DNA of 64,000 nt from an uncultured Candidatus Rokubacteria bacterium (GTDB taxonomy: Bacteria > Methylomirabilota > Methylomirabilia > Rokubacteriales > DASRDR01). The notes below the pieces were generated by a model. The model had not been told where the DNA came from and ran no database searches. It was given only the letters and a program-made list of their open reading frames with translations. Numbering within the stretch: position 1 is the stretch's first letter; the number at the start of each line of letters is the position of its first letter. The stretch is from positions 960,001-1,024,000 of the forward strand of contig CAWDVE010000010.1 in assembly GCA_963805625.1 (NCBI GenBank). The letters run 5' to 3'. Positions 60,696 through 64,000 of the stretch are shown here, piece after piece. The position numbers and the translations under genes are program-made.

Positions 60696-61546
60696 GACGA
60701 TGCGTGACTGTGTGGCTGGCGAGCGCCCTGCTGCTCGGCGCAGCCGCGTCGGTCCGGGCCGAGACAATCCTGGAGAAGATCGGCCGGACGGGAGTCCTGA
60801 CCGCGGGAACGAAGAGCACCAATATCCCCTTCGCGTTCATCAACGAAAAGAATGAGTGGATCGGCTTCGCCATCGACCTCCTGGAGAACATCCGCGCCCG
60901 CTTGGAGAAGAAGCTGGCCAAGCCGATCAAGCTCGAAAAGAAGGAGATCAGCAACGCGACCCGGATCTCCCTCGTGGTCAATCGGACCATAGACGTCGAG
61001 TGCAGCACCACCACCTACACCCGGGCCAGGGACGAGGCGGTCGACTTCTCCATCACCTTCTTCTTCACCGGCGCCCAGCTCCTGGTGAAGAGGGGGAACG
61101 GGATCAAGAGCCTGGCGGACGTGGCCGGCCAACGCGTGGGGGCCACCCGCCAGGCGACCGGCGAGACGGCCCTGCGCGCCGCCCAGCCCAAGGCCGACGT
61201 GGTGACCTTCCAGGACCTCGGGGCCGGCTTCCTGGCACTCGAGCAGGGGAGGATCGTCGCCTACACCACCGACGGTATCCTCCTGGCCGGGCTGGCCGCC
61301 AAGGCCAGGAACCCGAAGGACTACGAGGTGGTCGGAGACTTCTTCTCGAAGGACCCCTATTCCTGCCTAGTCCCGGAGAACGACTCCAAGTGGCGCGACT
61401 TCGTGAACCACACCTTCATGGAGCTGATCGACAGCGGAAAGTACTTCGAGCTCTACGACAAGTGGTTCGGGGTGCGCGGCGTGGTCCCCTATCCCATGTC
61501 GGACCAGGTCCGCACCTACATGCTCATGCAGTCGATGCCGGATTAG
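60692..61546 (+). CDS. Amino acid ABC substrate-binding protein (family 3, GltI-like), copy 1
   Basis: Signal peptide, IPFAF, GFAIDL, EC.TT.T..R, VDFS, YDKWF. Confidence 0.92.
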   Translation: MRRCVTVWLASALLLGAAASVRAETILEKIGRTGVLTAGTKSTNIPFAFINEKNEWIGFAIDLLENIRARLEKKLAKPIKLEKKEISNATRISLVVNRTIDVECSTTTYTRARDEAVDFSITFFFTGAQLLVKRGNGIKSLADVAGQRVGATRQATGETALRAAQPKADVVTFQDLGAGFLALEQGRIVAYTTDGILLAGLAAKARNPKDYEVVGDFFSKDPYSCLVPENDSKWRDFVNHTFMELIDSGKYFELYDKWFGVRGVVPYPMSDQVRTYMLMQSMPD

Positions 61547-61638
61547 GGTCGAGGCTGACGGCTGGGTCCGGCGCTCGACTCCGAGAGGATCAACGAAGTC
61601 CTGGAGATGATGACCGACACGGGCACGAAGGGTGTCCG

Positions 61639-62496
61639 ATGAGACGATGCGTGACTGCGTGGCTGGCGAGCGTCTTGCTGCTCGGCGCGGCCGCGCCGGT
61701 CCTGGCCGAGACGGTCCTCGAGAAGATCAGCCGGACCGGGGTCCTGACCGCGGGGACACGGGGCAACGCAATCCCCTTCGCGTTCATCAACGAGAAGAAC
61801 GAGTGGATCGGCTTCTCCATCGACCTGCTCGAGGCCATCCGCGCCCGCCTGGAGAAGAAGCTGGGCAAGCCGATCAGGCTCGAGAAGAAGGAGATCACCC
61901 CGGAGACCCGCATCCCCCTCCTGGTGAACCGTACCCTCGACGTCGAGTGCGGGTCCACTACCTACACCCGGGGCCGGGACCGGGACGAGACGGTGGACTT
62001 CTCTATCACCTTCTTCTTCACCGGTACCCAGCTCCTGGTGAAAAAAGGGACTGGGATCAAGAGCCTGGCGGATGTGGCCAGCAAACGCGTGGGGGCCATC
62101 CGAGGAACGACCGGCGAGAGGGCCCTACGTACCGCCCAGCCCAGGGCCGACGTGGTGACCTTCCAGGACACGCCGGCTGCCTTCCTGGCACTCGAGCAGG
62201 GAAGAATCGTCGCCTACGCCCACGACGGCATCCTCCAGGCAGGGATGGCTGCGAGGGCCAGGCCGATGGAGTACGAGGTGGTGGGGGACTTCTTTTCGAA
62301 GGACCCCTACGCCTGCATGGTTCCGGAGAACGACTCCAAGTGGCGCGCCTTCGTGAACCACACCTTCATGGAGCTGATCGACAGCGGGAAGTACTTCGAG
62401 CTGTACGAGAAGTGGTTCGGGGAGCGGGGCGTGGTGCCCTATCCCATGTCGGATCGGGTCCGCACCTACATGCTCATGCAGTCCATGCCAGAGTAG
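61639..62496 (+). CDS. Amino acid ABC substrate-binding protein, copy 2
   Basis: Close paralog, MRRCVTAWLAS..MLMQSMPE. Confidence 0.92.
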   Translation: MRRCVTAWLASVLLLGAAAPVLAETVLEKISRTGVLTAGTRGNAIPFAFINEKNEWIGFSIDLLEAIRARLEKKLGKPIRLEKKEITPETRIPLLVNRTLDVECGSTTYTRGRDRDETVDFSITFFFTGTQLLVKKGTGIKSLADVASKRVGAIRGTTGERALRTAQPRADVVTFQDTPAAFLALEQGRIVAYAHDGILQAGMAARARPMEYEVVGDFFSKDPYACMVPENDSKWRAFVNHTFMELIDSGKYFELYEKWFGERGVVPYPMSDRVRTYMLMQSMPE

Positions 62497-62596
62497 GGGC
62501 GAGGTTGCCGGCCAGCTCCGGCGCACGACCCCGAGAGGACTAACTATAATAATAGGTCCTGGAGTTGATGATCGACATGGCCACGCACGGTGTCCG

Positions 62597-63457
62597 ATGA
62601 GGCGATGCGTGACTGCGTGGCTGGCGAGCGTCCTACTGCTCGGCACGGCCGCGCCGGTCCTAGCCGAGACGGTCCTGGAGAAGATCAGCCGGACCGGGGT
62701 CCTGACCGCGGGGACACGGGGCACCTCCATCCCCTTCGCGTTCATCAACGAGAAGAACGAGTGGATCGGCTTCTCCATCGACCTGCTCGAGGCCATCCGC
62801 GCCCGCCTGGAGAAGAAGCTGGCCAAGCGCATCAAGCTCGAGAAAAAGGAGGTCACCCCGGCGACCTGGATCCGGCTGGTGGCCAACCGGAACGTCGACG
62901 TGGAGTGCGGGTCCACCACCCACACCCGGGGCCGGGACCGGGACGAGGCGGTGGACTTCTCCATCACCTTCTTCTTCACCGGTTCCCAGCTCCTGGTGAA
63001 GCAGAGCAGCGGGATCAGAAGCCTGGCGGACCTGGCCGGCAAGCGGGTGGGGGCCGCCCAGGGAACGACGAACGAGAAGGCCCTGCGCGCCGCCCAGCCC
63101 AAGGCCGACGTGGTGACCTTTCAGGACCACGCAACCGGCTTCCTCGCGCTGGAGCAGGGAAGGATCGTGGCCTATGTCTCCGATGGCATCCTCCTGGCCG
63201 GGCTGGGCGCCAAGGCCAAGAACGCCAAAGACTACGCGGTGGTGGGGGACTTCTTCTCGAAGGACCCTTACGCGTGCATGGTCCGGGAGAACGACTCCAA
63301 GTGGCGCGACTTCGTGAACCACACCTTCATGGAGCTCATTGACAACGGGAAGTTCTTCGAACTCTACGACAAGTGGTTCGGGGAGCGGGGCGTGGTCCCC
63401 TATCCCATGTCGGACCGGGTCCGGAACTACATGCTTATGCAGTCCATGCCCGAGTAG
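62597..63457 (+). CDS. Amino acid ABC substrate-binding protein, copy 3
   Basis: Close paralog, MRRCVTAWLAS..MLMQSMPE. Confidence 0.92.
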   Translation: MRRCVTAWLASVLLLGTAAPVLAETVLEKISRTGVLTAGTRGTSIPFAFINEKNEWIGFSIDLLEAIRARLEKKLAKRIKLEKKEVTPATWIRLVANRNVDVECGSTTHTRGRDRDEAVDFSITFFFTGSQLLVKQSSGIRSLADLAGKRVGAAQGTTNEKALRAAQPKADVVTFQDHATGFLALEQGRIVAYVSDGILLAGLGAKAKNAKDYAVVGDFFSKDPYACMVRENDSKWRDFVNHTFMELIDNGKFFELYDKWFGERGVVPYPMSDRVRNYMLMQSMPE

Positions 63458-63629
63458 GAACGAGGCTGGCGACCGGCGTCTGATCGGGGCCCCCGGTCGA
63501 TGCCAATGCCGGTACGGTCACCAGGATCCTGGGACGGAGGATGCGCGCCGCCTGAGCGCCGGCTGAGAGCCGGGTGTCTCGTTCTCACCGACGCGTTCCG
63601 GCCCTCCCTCACGAGAGAAGATGTCCGTG

Positions 63630-63646
63630 AGTCAAAGTCTGACCCC
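63630..63646. repeat. Solo arm of palindromic element
   Basis: agtcaaagtctgacccc, identical to the copy 1 right-arm core; possible decayed partner ~63572-63592. Confidence 0.75.
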
Positions 63647-63657
63647 ATACTAGGTCG

Positions 63658-64000
63658 ATGACCTGGCTCACCGAGACCGAGCGCGACCCGCGGCCGGCCG
63701 GCGACCGCCTGGCGGCGCTCTGGGCGGAGCCCGGAATCCTCAGACTGCCGGGGGCCCACGATCCCCTCGCCGCGCTCCTGGCGCGGCGCGCGGGCTTCCG
63801 GGCCCTGTACGTCTCGGGCGCCGGGCTGTCGGCGACCCTCGCCCTGCCCGATCTGGCCGTCCTGACTCTCGACGAGCTCCTGTTCTTCACCCGCGCGATC
63901 GTACGCGCGTCCGGGCTGCCCGTTCTCGTCGACGGCGACACGGGATACGGCGAGGTGCTGAACGTCGTACGCCTCGTGCGGGAGCTGGAGGACGCGGGGG
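63658..64000 (+). CDS. prpB: Methylisocitrate lyase-like (ICL/PEP mutase family), truncated by window end
   Basis: Hand translation: LPGAHDPLAALLA..GFRALYVSGA..LPDL..LPVLVDGDTGYGE. Confidence 0.82.
   Translation, partial: MTWLTETERDPRPAGDRLAALWAEPGILRLPGAHDPLAALLARRAGFRALYVSGAGLSATLALPDLAVLTLDELLFFTRAIVRASGLPVLVDGDTGYGEVLNVVRLVRELEDAG

Noticed and set aside
60856-61638. 546-aa extended version of binding protein copy 2
   Set aside because: The upstream part is an off-frame read of copy 1; the true start is 61639 by paralogy
1-64000. Many long overlapping ORFs in the track (e.g. 3773-5686, 8000-9772, 32868-35126, 36703-39246)
   Set aside because: Antisense or off-frame shadows of real genes in GC-rich DNA; Arg/Pro/Ala-rich with no family motifs
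1-64000. CRISPR array, tRNA/rRNA, integrase, transposase, reverse transcriptase
   Set aside because: No regularly spaced repeats, cloverleaf or catalytic motifs seen by eye; a covariance-model scan was not possible

Overview
Very GC-rich bacterial chromosomal window, mostly accessory metabolism and transport. The gene content and style resemble Candidatus Rokubacteria/Methylomirabilota; this is inference only. It holds about 55 CDS: two Opp/Dpp-type ABC clusters, two class III aminotransferases, a ureohydrolase, a DapA-family lyase, thiolase, tam, ispG, miaB, leuCD with a divergent LysR, a fused E1 alpha/beta dehydrogenase, SDRs, MFS proteins and a partial prpB. I saw no rRNA, tRNA, CRISPR array, integrase or transposase. 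Most notable observations: (1) a dispersed palindromic element family with GGGGTCAGACTTTG arms (3 full copies and 1 solo arm) that sits at operon junctions and overlaps gene starts or stops; (2) an 802-aa GAF protein whose C-terminal half has three ordered motifs resembling a divergent class III nucleotidyl cyclase; (3) a tandem triplication of an ABC-ATPase relic plus a GltI-like binding protein, with diversified pocket residues; (4) an orphan tail-tube-like gene; (5) a secreted DNRLRE-collagen-Gly-rich protein; (6) several gene relics, and six clustered +1 frameshifts that are probably assembly artefacts. All product calls come from motif recognition by eye, not database searches.
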